A stretch of 64,000 nt of DNA. Origin: the human T2T-CHM13v2.0 reference genome, Homo sapiens. The stretch lies in NCBI RefSeq assembly GCF_009914755.1, contig NC_060929.1; one strand, written 5' to 3'. Within the stretch, counting starts at the first letter, position 1. The number at the start of each line of letters is the position of its first letter. This document shows, in pieces, positions 41,751-56,989 of the stretch. The translations under genes and the position numbers were made by a program. Below the pieces are notes generated by a model, which was not told where the DNA came from, made no database searches, and saw only the letters and a list, made by a program, of their open reading frames with translations.

Positions 41751-42221
41751 AGGAATATGGTGGTAATCAATGTGATTTTTCTCCTTTAAAAATCTATAGT
41801 ATACTTAGTCCTTTGCCTATCATATTCAACATTCATTTTTGGAATCTCTTTGTAGGCTTATCTATTTCACTCTTGATGGCTTGGGAGATCTTTGAGATTA
41901 GAAAACACATTTTGCTCAATTTTTAATACCCCACTGACCTTGCATATAGCGGGTACTCTATAAATATTAATCTAACTAAATGAAACTATTCTTCCTAAGA
42001 TAATCATGAAGGTTTCTCTGTCTTTTCTTGGTATAAATATCAGCTCACAATCCTTGGAAAATTTTTCAGTGCCTGGACACACAGAAGTTATAGGTAAGTG
42101 CAGAATTCAGTGGCCCAGCTGGACTGCATCAGTAAATAATACTGAGCATATTTTCTTGTCCTGCCAGAAAAAAAAATAAAAAGGCAGTTTCACAAAAGAG
42201 ATGCTATGGGGTGCTATGAAA

Positions 42222-42385
42222 ATAACACTGGACTAGAGTCTGGAAAATTGAGTTCTTGTTCCAGCTCTGGCCTTAACTCACTGTGGGACCTGTGTATTCA
42301 CATCAACTCACCCAGCCTCAGTTTCTTTAGACATAAAGGGATGGAGTCGAACCTCTGAAGTCCTTTCCAGATGACACATGCAATA
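42222..42385 (+). mobile_element. MIR (MIR3-like)
   Basis: 'acactggactagagtctggaaaattgagttcttgttccagctctg...gcctcagtttct...ctctgaagtcctttccag'. Confidence 0.65.
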
Positions 42386-43427
42386 CTGCATGAATTGTGC
42401 AACCGAAAGGAATTTTTAGATAATTTTTTCAAAAACTTTGCAGTGTTTGTACATGAGATCTAGAGTAAGAAAATTTGGGGAGAAAGTAATCTTTAGCATC
42501 CTCTTACCTCTCCTTGTTAAGGCCCTTTTTTATTTCCGTGCCCTGCTCACTGTGTCCCTTGGTCATCCGGCATCCCCTCCTCCCCCATTAGTGTTTAGTT
42601 GAAAATTCACTATCCTGAATTCACATCAAAGCTTATTTATTTTTCCCATTTTCCTTTGATATAGGAATCAGCTAAGTTCTAAATAATAAATGTCAGCTAA
42701 ACATTTGTAACTCCCCAGTGTGTATAGACTTGATGGTAGCAGTTCCCTGAATCCTTTGGGGGAAGCTGAAGGCACCAGATCCTCCCTCCCCAGAAACAGG
42801 GGTAGTCACCTTATGCATATATGACCCAGAGCTGGCCTAGAAGATGCTCTTGTCTAGGGCTTTGAATCCTAGCATTGTAATGCCAAAGCACGAGAACTGC
42901 TTGGATTCACCTACAGCAGGAGATGTGATAGGAAGGAATATCCTCATTAATTGAGGAGGAGGCTGCAGATGGAGAGGTTGTCCCTTCAGTAGCAGAAGTC
43001 CTGTCCTATAGTACTGGTGGTAGTGACATTCTGGTCAGGCTGCTTCTGCTAAAACATGACGGCACTACTCCCTGATTGTTGACTCTCCTGGCTTCTGTCC
43101 ACTTTCCCAATTCTAGTTCTTCAATCTCCTATCAATTCTGAAGCCCCCAAGAACTTTGTGAAATTTCACCTATTTGCTTAACGACACTGGAGACCATTTG
43201 TGTCCCTCACAACTAAAAGATTCCTAATGAACTTAGAGATTGTGGCTGATAATTAGATAGTTTGCTACTGTAAGCAGAATATATTTCTTCTTAACAGAGC
43301 TTGCCTGGTTTGACCATTGAGCTGCCTAAAGCATGTTATTGTTTCTATAGTGTCAACAAATATGCTATCCCATTTCATCCTCTCATTGATCCCAGAAGGG
43401 CACAAGATATAAAAATATAAATATTTC

Positions 43428-43780
43428 CAGCTGGGCATGGAAGCTCACATCTGTAACTCCATATTTCCAGCTAGGCATGGCAGCTCACATCTGTAATCCC
43501 AACACTTTGGGAGGCCGAGGCAGGAGGATCACTTGAGGCCAGGAGTTTGAGACCAGCTTGATCACATAGAGAGATCTTGTTTCTACAAAAAATTCAAAAA
43601 TTAAACAGGCATGGTGGCTTGCGCCTGTAGTTCTAGCTACTTGGGAGGCTGAGGGGAGTGGATCACTTGAGCCCAGGAGTTTGAGATTGCAGTGGGCTAG
43701 GATTGCACCACTGTACTCCAGCCTGGGTAAAAGAGTGAAACCCTGTCTCCAAAATAAAAAAAAAAAGAAAAGAAAAATAA
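43428..43780 (+). mobile_element. AluJ with duplicated 5' end
   Basis: AluJ diagnostics 'gaggatcacttgaggccaggagtttgag' and 'cttgagcccaggag'; 11-bp TSD ataaatatttc at 43417-43427 and 43781-43791. Confidence 0.93.
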
Positions 43781-45114
43781 ATAAATATTTCTAACTCAGT
43801 GGTGGTAAATTTAAGGTTCCCAGATAGTAATTGACTTGACCAAGGTCAATGCAGTATTAAGGAATAAATCAAGATTCATAACCAGAACTGATCTATGTTC
43901 AGTCCTTTTTTACTATACCACTTTGTCTTCTCCAAAGGAGTTGCTTTAACTGCAATAGCCCAACATAGAAAAGGCTTTTTTATCAGCAGATGGAAGGGAA
44001 TGCTCCTGAAATTTTGCCCAAAGGACTGGCCCCTTGCTTGTACAGGCATAAGTAATCACCAGCTTGCTTAATTCTAGCTCTGCACATTGCCATGACTCAG
44101 TGCCACTGGCTCTCCAACAGGATATAAATAGACCCTCAGAGGAAAAGCAGATTCATGACAATTAACAGTCTATGTGGTATAGCACAGCCACAGAAACTAA
44201 ATGGCTATACCGATTGTGCCCCCTTAAAAGGTGTAAAACTTCCTCTTTCATATTTCATTTCAGCCTGTAACTTTTTTGACATTGTCATATCACCTCCCCG
44301 TCCCTGCTATTTTGACTTCTTCCGGATCTGGATGCAGTATGAATTCTAGAAGTACAAATTCTTTAAAATGCCACCCAAGAGGCTTAATCTATTTTCTAAA
44401 TTTCCACCTGTCTGAAGTCTGTCCTGTACACCTTCTTCTAATCTAAACACTTGTTTTTTAGTGTTGCTTCTTAAAAGAACGAGCAGGCCTTAAAAGCTGA
44501 TGTTTTGGCAAAGACAGAGTACAGGAAAAGTTACCTGAACTAAGCAACTTGGAGAAACAAGTTTGAAAGATAGTTCCCCAGCTGCAAGTGGTGTGTGAGG
44601 GGTAGACCACACCTGGGTCTGAGGGTTGGTTAAGCTAGTGAGTGAGTATCAGAGATGGATTAAAATGACTGTGGCTATAAGGAAGATGAATAGAGCAAGA
44701 GCATGAATAATGACACCAGAATAACAGGCATATTTCCATTCCTCTTTATACACAATTGAGCCACTAGAATTTGAAAGCAGACTTGTAATTGCTAGAGAAC
44801 CTCACTCATTAGAAGGAGTAATTTTGAAGGGGAACATTCCTAGGGATTGAAGATGGTATAACAACTGTGTGAGACTCCCCTAAGAAGTGTGTGAAAGAGG
44901 AGACTAGCAGTGAGCAACTCTACTTCCTGCTACAATTCACTGTGGACAGGGAACAACTCCTATGGAACTTCATGAAGGAGGCCTAAACCTCTGTCATCCA
45001 CTGGGTTTTGTGAGCAGCCCCATTCTGCTTTCTATCATGGAGAGTAACAAGAAATTGAAAATGAATATGAGTTTTGTGGCTTACAGATATGTAAACATTC
45101 ATATCCTTCACAGA

Positions 45115-45409
45115 GGCCGGGCACGGTGGCTCACGCCTGTAATCCCAGCACTTTGGGGGGCCGAGGCGGACGGATCACCAGGTCAGGAGATCAAGACCAT
45201 CCTGGCTAACACTGTGAAACCCCGTCTCTACTAAAAATACAAAACATTAGCCGGGCTCGGTGGCGGGCGCCTGTAGTTCCAGCAACTAGGGAGGCTGAGG
45301 CAGGAGAATGGCGTGAACTTGGGTAGCGGAGCTTGCAGTCAGCCGAGATAGCACCACTGCACTCTGGCCTAGGCGAAAGAGCGACACTCCGCCTCAAAAA
45401 AAAAAAAAA
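45115..45409 (+). mobile_element. AluY
   Basis: 'gagatcaagaccatcctggctaacac', 'gagaatggcgtgaac', 'gcggagcttgcag'; CpG-rich. Confidence 0.93.
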
Positions 45410-45589
45410 GAGTTAGATCGCAGAAAATTAAAAAAAGATAACAGCCAGAAAAAAAATGGTATATAGCCCACATCCCTGGGGTAGGGCCAGCAGTAAAAAT
45501 GGAAGAGAGAGAGCAGGGAAGCCTACTTGTGACCCTTTAACATGACTGAAACGATTCTGCCATCCAGACTACCCAAAGAGATTCACTTT

Positions 45590-47435
45590 ATCAGTCAGTG
45601 TTTTTTACTGCAGACAACAGAATCTATTATTGATAATATAAAGAGAAAGGGAATTATTATAGAAAGTAACCGAGCTCACAAAGCCATTGGGTGATTTGAA
45701 AGAACAGGCTCTAAACAGAAATTTCAGAAACAACTTCCTTAGCTCCTCCAGAGAAGTGCCACATTAAAAGATTTGGTTGCAACACAGGCCTCGGTTGCAA
45801 TTACCAAGTGCCGAAACAAGGAGCTGCCTCTGCAGCCACCAGCCCCAGAACTACACTGCCTCTGACCTACACTGGCCAGAAGGTTAGATCTCTATGCATA
45901 TAGCCACAGCCACTTGCTCTTTTACTCCTTCCAAATCTCACCTGATGTGAGAGGTGACAGCGTGTTGGCAGCCCTCACAGCCCTTGCTCGCTCTAGGCAC
46001 CTCCTCTGCCTGGGCTCCCACTTCGGCGGCAGTTGGGGAGCACTTCAGCCCCCCCGCTGCACTGTGGGAGCCCCTTCCTGGGCTGGCCGAGGCCAGAGCC
46101 GGCTCCCACAGCTTGCGGGGAGGTGTGGAGGGAGAGGCGCCGGTGGGAACCAGGGCTGTGCACTGTGCTTGCGGGCCAGCACAAGTTCCCGGTGGATGTG
46201 GGCTCCGCGGCCCACACTCAGAGCGGCCGGCCGCCGCTGCCGGCCCTGGGCAATGAGGGGCTTAGCACCCAGGCCAGCAGCTGCAGAGGGTGTGCTGGGT
46301 TACCCCGGCAGTGCTGGCCCACCAGCACTGCGCTCGATTTCTCGCAGGGCCTTAGCTGCCTGCCCGCCGGGCAGGGCTCGGGACCTGCAGCCCCCCTATG
46401 CCTGAGCCTCCCCCCCCCCTCCATGGGCTCCTGTGCCCCCAAGCCTCCCCGATGAACGCCACCCCTGCTCCACCAGCACCTAGTCCCATCGACCACCCAA
46501 GGGCTGAGGAGTACGGGCACACGGCAAGGGACTCTCAGGCAGCTCCACCTGCGCCCCCGTGCGGGATCCACTGGGTGAAGCCAGCTGGGCTCCTGAGTGG
46601 TGGGGGCTTGGAGAACCTTTATGTCTAGCTAAGGGATTGTAAATACACCAATCGGCACTCTGTATCTATCTCAAGGTTTGTCAACACACCAACAGCACCC
46701 TGTGTCTAGCTCAGGGTTTGTGAATGCACCAATGGACACTCTGTATCTAGCTACTCTGGTGGGGACTTGGAGAACCTTTGTGTCCACACTCTGTACCTAG
46801 CTAATCTAGTGGGGAGGTGGAGAACCTTTGTGTCTACCTCAGGGATTGTAAACGCACCAATCAGAACTCTGTCAAAACAGACCACTCGGCTCTCTGTAAA
46901 ATGGACCAATCAGCAGGATGTGAGCGGGGCCAGATAAGAGAATTAAAGCAGGCTGCCCAAGCCAGCAGTGGCAACCCGTTCGGGTCCCCTTCCACACTGT
47001 GGAAGCTTTGTTTTTTCGCTCTTTGCAATAAATCTTGCTGCTGCTCACTCTTTGGGTCCACACTGCCTTTATGAGCTGTAACACTCACCACGAAGGTCTG
47101 CATCTTCACTCCTGAGCCAGCAAGACCACGAACCCACCAGAAGGAAGAAACTCCCAACACACCCGAAGATCAGAAGGAACAAACTCCAGACACGCCGCCT
47201 TTAAGAACTGTAACACTCACCGCGAGGGTCCGTGGCTTCATTCTTGAAGTCAGTGAGACCACGAACTCACCAATTCCGGACACAGATGTGTCCACTTGAA
47301 GAATGAAGGTCAGAGGTACCTCTAACTGCAAAGGAATCTGTGAGATACAGTTTCCAGCTTACCAGGCTACCATGTCTAGGAGGACATGCTAGAAAGAAGA
47401 GGTCTTAAGCAGGAAGATCTGCAGCATCTGCCACA
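45590..47435 (-). mobile_element. Ancient MLT1-type LTR split by LTR12C
   Basis: Starts 'tatcagtcagtgttttttactgcagacaacaga', ends 'gcagcatctgccaca', 'ctctaactgcaaaggaatctgtgaga' on the far side of the LTR12C. Confidence 0.45.
45948..47284 (+). mobile_element. Solo LTR12C (ERV9)
   Basis: tgagaggtgacagcgtgttggcag...caattccggacaca; GC-rich U3; tandem CCAAT repeats; U5 repeats 'tgtaacactcacc'; 4-bp TSD gatg at 45944-45947 and 47285-47288. Confidence 0.95.
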
Positions 47436-47984
47436 TTGACCCTCTGCTACCCATGCTTGTTGGTCTCTAAACTAAAGGCAAGGTTGCAAGGGTATTTGCT
47501 TGTTATAAAGTAATATGTTTGTTCTTGGGAAATTACAATCCAGATTTCATCTTAAACACATAAATCAGGTTCCCACTGGAACTCCCTTCCTCTTCAGCCA
47601 AAGACCATCAGGAAAATTGGCAAGAAAAATTGTCTCTGAGTAAAAGCAAGAAGGCTTGCCCAGGGACTGCCCTCTCCTCAATTTTCTGGAGATGTGGATT
47701 GGCATGAAGAGAAGAACAGGAATATTTCTCAAGCTCATAAAACAAAAGCTCTGTAAAATACCCAGGCATAGCCAAAGCCTTGATCTCAGGGGCTGGACAT
47801 TTAATTAGGGATTCTGAGAGTTTAGTAACAAACGATCTGATTGGCAAGACTCCTTTTAGACCACTTAAAATGTGCATGGACTGTCTCAGGAGTGCAAACT
47901 GGAGGAAAGCTTGGGGTCAGGAGCAATAAGACTGTGATAAAAAGAAGCAGAGCTTAAGTGTTTTGTTACTAATCTAGACCTGGG

Positions 47985-48290
47985 TTTTGTCTGTCTGTTT
48001 GTTTGTTAGAAATGAAGTCTTGCTCTGTTGCCCAGGCTAGAGTGCAATGACATAATGGTAGCCCATTGCAGACTCGAACTCCTGGGCTCAAGCAATCCTC
48101 CTGCCTCAGTATTCTAAGTAGCTAGGACTACAGGTGCATGCCACCACACCCAGCTAATTTTTTTTATTTTTTGTAGAGATGGGGTCTGAATATGTTGCTC
48201 AGCCTGATCTTGAACTCCTGGGCTCAAACAATCCTCCTACCTCAGGCACCCAAAGTGTTGGGATTACAGGGGTGAGCCACTGCACCCAGC
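47985..48290 (-). mobile_element. AluJ
   Basis: Reverse Alu with 'gaactcctgggctcaagcaatcctcctgcctcag'-type sequence in both arms; (TTTG)n tail. Confidence 0.9.
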
Positions 48291-49980
48291 TTGGACTCAG
48301 TTATTTGGCTTCCACTCTGACTAAGGTTATCTTCAAGGTGCAAAACCACCACAACACTGTACATACTCAAAGTTAACTGGTCCCATTTCCCTTGCTCCAG
48401 TTTTTCTATGATTAACAAGACATTAGTAATAAATTAAGGGCTTTTTCCACATGAAGCTCGAAGAGCTATTTGCTTGCTTGTTTTAGTTCCATCATCAAAG
48501 ACCTTCAGCAGAGACGCGAATCCAAGTATTAATTCTCATGAAAATTCATAACAACATTGGATATTGTCATCTCTAAGGAAAGAAGTACGTGTGACTCTGA
48601 GGGTTGCCCTGCCTTTCTGAATACAGTTGACCTTCTGTTAATCATTCTTGTTAGTCATTAAACCAGAGTTATCATAAAATAATGTGTTTGTTAATTGGAA
48701 ATTAGAATCCCAAAGCAAAGCTGACTTCATCTCTAAAATCACAAGGATCCGGATATAAATCAAGCCTCCACTGGAAGCTGCCATGGGTAACCATGAAATT
48801 CAAAATGACATTGCTGTCCTAGAAAAACCTTTGGCCTACTTTCTATTAGGAAAGATCAGAAAAGAGCTTATTTCCCATTTGAAAGAGTGAGTTCTCCTGT
48901 TGACAAGAAGATTCTAGGACCACAACCGCAATTTGGAAATGAGAGAAGTCTATTGCTGTAGTACTCTCTTTCTGGAATCTCTTCCATGTAAAACTTCAAG
49001 GAACATAGGCCAAACAGTTGGTATGGTTGGGTTTCCAAAGGGCTGTGAAGGCTCCCTTTGTATTTTCTCTGCTTTTAACCTCAGTGTGACTACTCCGTTT
49101 GGAAAAGTCACCAGGACTTTGACATGGGCTAAGACTGAAGCCCATCAAGCCCCGAAAGCAGTATGCCATTACAACTGTACCTTCTGAGGCGGTGCACGAC
49201 TTTTCTCCACTACAAGAACAATGAGATGACTCTCTTTCTGGCCACCAGGAGGTCTCTGAGTTTCACTTCTGCTATGACTCCCTCCACCAGAGCTGATAAA
49301 GGCAGCAGAGATGAAGCAGCAGGTAGCTCCCTTTGCAGGTCTGGCACTGCCCTAAATGAATATGAGAAAGCCTCTGGCTAACGTCAGCTTGGCATCCCTG
49401 TCAAAATCTCCCCTTTATGTTTTCATTGTGCATCCATTTTGCCTTCTTTGTCTTGCCTTTCCAGTTTCCGTGGATCTCCAGGTTGCTGACCACCTGCTCA
49501 GGCTTTGTAGCCACCTGCATTAATATCCCTTTGACATCTACTTCCTCCTAACACCAAACTGCTAGACTCTTTCCAGAAACCTTTGTTCTGAGCCCTGCTG
49601 TCAATTTATACTCTTATCTGCTCACCTGTCCCCAGGCCCTCCAGTTCTGCTTTGAATATAAGCCTTCTCCCTCATGTTTCCACCCCATACCCAAGGATTC
49701 CACCACCATGCCAAGCCTCCATCCCCTACCAGGCCAGCACACCCTGGCCTTGGTCTCTCAATGTGAATTAAATCTCCATCTGCCTTCAATATTTCTCTAA
49801 ATGGCTCTTTATCCAGCTTAACCCCTACATTTTTCACTGACTTAAGGATATGATCACACCTTACGAAGAGTTTATGCTATTCTGAACTGAACACCTGGAG
49901 AGGAATATGAGTACAATCAAATATAGTTATGAGCTGGATGCTCACCACATCCACACATGCTGTTAGCTTTTGATAGGTAA

Positions 49981-51144
<1,164 letters not shown>

Positions 51145-53067
51145 AAGAATACTATGCTTTAAAGATTTTGCTATTCAAGGAAATAATGACTTCTGATTGC
51201 TTTTCCTGCAATCCAAAATCATATCATTACTGCCAAAAAAAAAAATTCTGAAGTCCAGACATGAGACTACAAACTACTATATTCTCCTTTTATGCCTCCT
51301 GGCCTCACTGAACTGCAAAGGCAATTGGGAAGTGTAAGGTGTCTAGGCAGTCATTGTACAGCTTCCGTTACCATGAAGGAAATAGAAAAGTGGTTTTGGT
51401 GGACAGCTAGCAGTCTCCACAACTTGTTTACTAATTAATACCAAATATGTCAGTAATTCTGATTTTCCTATATGCCGTTCACAGACTTACAAACCAGAAG
51501 TCTCCTTATGGAAATCACCTTACTTCTTGTGCAAATGCGATTTTAAAATTTTTTATATCAGTCTTTTTTTTTCTTTTTTCACTGTATTTACTAATGGAAT
51601 ATGGAGATTCTACATGGCCCCATATTTTCTGCTCCATTGAAAAATGGCTTTTGAGACCAGTGTAATTTAAGGGTGGCCAAGAGGCAGTAAGATTTTTTTA
51701 AGCCTTCCATTCCATTTTTACACATAAGAAGGCAGCTTACAAAATGGCAACGCAAACCTATTGCAAGCAATGATGATTGCGTTCCCCATCTAGAGCGCTG
51801 CTGAGTCTCAGCAGCCTGGACTTCAAAGTTCATCGTTTGCTTATGGACTTTAGCCTGTTTTATCTCTGACTCCAGAAATAAAGCCTTTTGAAAGAATTTT
51901 GAGAATGAGGAAGGCTTTTTTGTCTCTCTCTATCTCAGACCAGCCCTAGTGTTTTATTGCACCCAATGTGCTAACTCAGCCATACCAGTATTGGAACAAG
52001 CTAAGGATTAAGAAATCCGGTTGGAGGCAGTCTGCAGTAGTGTGCAGTATTTACTGCCAGGCAGCTTCTATCAAGAGTGCCAGTGAAAAAATAGCCAGCA
52101 CATCTATTATAGCAAAAAACTCCTGGAAGAGAGACCGGGGGTGTGGGGGTGCAGGGAAGGAACCAAGACATTGCCAATGTTTTAAATAGCTCAGAGTGCA
52201 CACACACTACTTGTGTAGCGATAGAAAAATGAGTAATATTGATAGTTAGGTAAAAGCAGCAGCATTCAGAACTGAGTCAGAAATGAGGAAAGAGCTGGGG
52301 CAAAATAGTTTCATGATCCTTTGGTAAAGAGTCAAATCACCTGTTATAAAAGATTTCATCATTGAGTAGAGAATACCTACAGCCATCCTGGGAGAGTATT
52401 AGTGTGGTCTGTTCATAAATTCCCTGGCAAACTATCCTAGGATGAGTCAACCTTGGGGATGTACAGCATTCTTGCCCCCAGAAAGATTCGGAAGCAATGG
52501 TACAAATTCAAGAACATTTGGTTTTTAACATGAAGTTCCTAGGAAATTAGCAATTTGCCTGTGACCAAGAAGGACAACTATGCCAAATGATCTGCCACCT
52601 CAAGATCTCTGGGACTTTCCTACAACCCTGGGACAGAGTCAGATTGAAGCCCAAACAATGGATGATACTAAATTTCCTGCAGTCGCAATGGAATAAGAAC
52701 TCAGAGACAGATTTCATTTAATTTAGGAAAACGAGGCAGCGTGACATCTCTCACACATTCACATCTAGGAATAAGATGCATACCTACTATGATAGAAACG
52801 AAACAATGGAATGTCATTGATATCTCTATGAGCACCCTTTGCCTTGCATTTATGTAGCATGTTTACATTTTCAAAATGATCAAAGCAACTTCTCCACGTG
52901 ACTATAGAAAAGAGAATTTGCCTGAATGCACCAGCCTAGACAGAGGAAGAGCTATGGCCAGCCCTGAAAACATACCATCCTCTAAAGCGAACAAAGGTAA
53001 TTTTTAAAAGACACACACAAGTATTGCCAAGAGAATTGCCATTTCCAGTTTGAAATGTGCATCCTCT

Positions 53068-53368
53068 TTTTTTTTTTTTTTTTTTTTTTTTGAGACAGAG
53101 TCTTGCTCTGTCACCCAGGCTGGAGTGCAGTGGTGCGATTTCGGCTCACTACAACCACCGTCTTCTGGGTTCAAGCGATTCTCCTGCCTCAGGAGAGCAA
53201 CTGGGATTACAGGCGCGTGCCATCGCACTTGGCTAATTTTTTGTATTTTTAGTAGAATTGGGGTTTCACCATGTTAACCAGGATGGTCTTGATCTCCTGA
53301 CCTCATGATCCACCCGCCTCGGCCTCCCAAAGTGCTGGGATTACAGGCGTGAGTCACCACACCTGGCC
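53068..53368 (-). mobile_element. AluS (Sc-like)
   Basis: Poly-T plus reverse Alu; TSD gaaatgtg(c/t)atc(c/t)tct at 53052-53067 and 53369-53384. Confidence 0.95.
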
Positions 53369-53423
53369 GAAATGTGTATCTTCTAAGATGTGGGAGATCA
53401 TGGCCATCTCTGCTTTTCCTTAT

Positions 53424-53648
53424 GAGTGGTTTTCAAAGTGTTCTCTGAGTTGCCTTAGACATTCCACTACTTGCCTTGGAGAGGATGCTGGGGGAGTTAG
53501 ATGGGGATCCAGAGCTTGACTCTCCCTTTCCATCCAGGCTATGAGTCACAACTTTACTCTTCTCAGTTGGGTTCTGAATATATGGTGTGGTTCCTGTGGT
53601 TTCACTTGAAGAAGAGTTCTGCTGCTTAAATAGGAGTGAAAACCACCT
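53424..53648. mobile_element. Old hAT-Charlie-type MITE
   Basis: 10-bp inverted termini gtggttttca (53426-53435) and tgaaaaccac (53637-53646); family not resolved. Confidence 0.5.
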
Positions 53649-54230
53649 TTAGAGACTGTTATCAAAAAAAAAAAAATTGTTAAGTTTCTTCCAAACACCC
53701 TTCATTATTGGTTGCCCAAAGAATGCTAAATCAAGTCACTAGACAATCATTTCTGAGCCCCGCCAAGCAAGTGTGTTCACGCTAAATGACATTAACACTT
53801 TTAGCTTGACTCATTTTATTTTTGCATGTCTTTATATTCAGATTTTCATTCCAGTTTCATATCCAATTGTCAAATAATAATAAAGATTTCATCTAAAATG
53901 AAATATTGTTTGTTTAAAAATCCATAAGATGCTTTAACAGCAGGAGAGTGGGGCTTATACCAATTTAGTGAGAATCTAGTGTATTATATAAATTTATCTC
54001 TACTGTGTACATGAGCTTTGAAAAGAGGAGAATCCCATCTGCCTGTCGAACAGAGATTAGGGAAGATAGATTAAAATGCTGGTTTTCATCATTCTTATTT
54101 AATAAGCAGGAAAAAGTAACTGGAAGCATCTATGACACTTTCTACATTACATAGAGGTTAAATGTGCTCTCTGTTATAGCCACATTGCACTCTGCTTTCA
54201 ACATATCACGAAACAAATCTGCTAAAATAG

Positions 54231-54581
<351 letters not shown>

Positions 54582-54949
54582 TTTGTTTGTTTATTTTTGC
54601 CAGTAACGCCAGGCTATTCTGCAAGGCCTCATCCAAGGACAAAATGGAGAAATAAATCCTCCAAAGTTAGGTTTATAGAACACTGGGCTTTCTGATTTTT
54701 TCAAAATAAAAAAGTACAAAATGAAAAGAAACTAAGCTGTTTACACTCCAGCTCTAGCTGAGAGCTGGAACAGTGCGTTGGACACTGGCAACTCCTTTCT
54801 GGAAACATTGCTGTCAGGCGCCATGGGAAGGCATCATCCCCAAGTCTGCAGACTTTTTCAGAGCCCTCTATGAGTTCATACAGCTCCAAGTCGGCTTCCT
54901 CATTTAGCCTCTGACCTGAGAAATGGCTCCACCAAATCCCTAATTTCTC

Positions 54950-55710
54950 AAGCTACAAAACTCAATGTGCCTCATACTCCTACTCCTCTGTCACCAACAC
55001 CCCTCTATTCAATTAATCACCATGTCCTGTTTTGTTCTCCTGTCTAAATGCTCTTCAAATTATTTCACATTCCAATCATGCATCACTCCCAGGCCACTGC
55101 CATTTTTGAGGCTTTTGTTGTGTATTAAATGGACCATTGGGTCAGCTCCTAATTCGTCTTCCTACTCCTCATCTCCTTTAATCCATGCTCCATGCTTACC
55201 ATACGCAAATCCAATCAGGCCTCTGTTTATCATCTTTCCCTAGCTTCCCACTGCCTTCATGCTAAAGTGAAAAGTCCTTAACACAGCATATAAAGTGGTC
55301 TAATCCTTGCCTACCTTTCTGATCTCATGCCCCATGACCCTCACAAGTGTGTTTCCCATGTCCAGCCAGGCTGTCAGCTCCATGACCATGTCTCACCTTT
55401 CACATCTTTGGACATACTCACTCATCTCTCATGGGGAAGACCTCTGCTTTGTCTACTTGGCAGGCTTTCGCTCATCCTCCAAGATTCACTTCAATTGCCA
55501 CCTTCCCTATGAAATCCCTTCACATCCTAGTATGATACCTCTTTTTAACACTTATTCCAATACACTGAAACTGTTTGTTGATGTGCCTGTCTTCCTACTA
55601 CTTCATGACTCCCTTCCAGGACAGGGACTATGATGTCATTCATATATGCTGCACAGTGCCTGGCATAAAACCATACCCCAATAAATGTTAACATATTAAT
55701 GGCTTAATTG
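54950..55710 (+). mobile_element. L2 LINE 3' region
   Basis: 'gcttcccactgccttcatgctaaagtgaaaagtccttaac', 'catcctccaagattcacttcaa', 'cacagtgcctggcataaa...caataaatgtt'. Confidence 0.7.
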
Positions 55711-56989
55711 TCTGCAGAGATTTTCATAGACTAGGAGACAAGAATCCAGGCTTCTTTTCTCAGTGGTACAACATTCTATTCAACCTCCTTAGGGCTTAGA
55801 ATCTTTAAGTGTAAAATTATGACAATAAATTGTTAAAAGGGATCTGACTTTCTGTCCAGTTTCCAAATAAAATTCTACAAATCTGTGATGTCTAGGATTG
55901 CAGTGATGGCCTTTCTTTTTTCAAGAAGGACACTTAAGGTTGTGAACACCAGAACATAAGTCTGCTAGTACCAGCTGTGGCCTCTGGTTCTTTATATGTC
56001 AAGTTACCTAGGCCATTCCATGCTCATGAAGATGGGAGCATTCAATGAATGAATGAATAAATGAATGAATACAATCACCTTATTTGTTATATCCTCCACT
56101 TTGAATAACAAATGTAAATCTTGGCATTGTGCCCCTGTTTCTAAAGCCTTTTTTTAAAATCAAGGTAGATAGATTTAATAGCTAAAGTCATTGTTAATTA
56201 CATATACATAAGCATATTGATAGGATCAGAACAGCAATTACATAGCAACACTGGAATCAATCCATAGAATTCTTAGTTTGATAATCGGAAAAAAATACTT
56301 TCAAAAGACTAAAAAGTCAATGAACTAAAAGTTCATTTTAGTTTCCATTTTACTGACATGAGAAAAACATGTCATTGGCATCATATTTTCAGTGCTTAAT
56401 CTTGCACAATAAGTGACACGGAGAAGCTCAAAGGGATCCCAGAGAGCCACTTTCAAAGTCAAATGTCTAATGGGAGAGTAGGGTCATAGAAGGAAAATTA
56501 ACATTCATTAGTCAGTTTTAGAGGAAATATCTGGAAGCATAATTAAATAATATACATACAAGCATCACGCTTTTTGTGATAGCTTTAAAATGTGCACTCA
56601 CACATTTTTAGTTGTTTGTTTTTGCCACAGATGAAAAGATGAGCATGACAGTAATGAAGTTGTAGAGACACTTGATTCACTTTTTTCCCAGGCAGACCAA
56701 TTAGTAATTGTAGCCTCTAAAAGAATCACTTTGTAGCTCTCTGTCAAGGGAAATACTGCCAAACTTCGCAGGAAAAAAAAAAAAAGATAGCATTTGATTT
56801 GCTCTGCTGTGACAGCCTTCCTTTTCTCTGAGAAAGATGCTGGCCTCCCTCACACTATGGCCCTGAAAGCTTGGTTTGATGTTCCTCTCTTCAATGCATA
56901 GTCCAGAGCGTGCTGATGTCCGGCATAGTGCCACTGAAGAAATCCACTCCAGGTGCCAGCAGCTAGCAGAAAGCAATATATTACTGATG

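Noticed and set aside
45960-46600. CpG island of a host gene promoter
   Set aside because: It is fully explained by the GC-rich U3 region of LTR12C.
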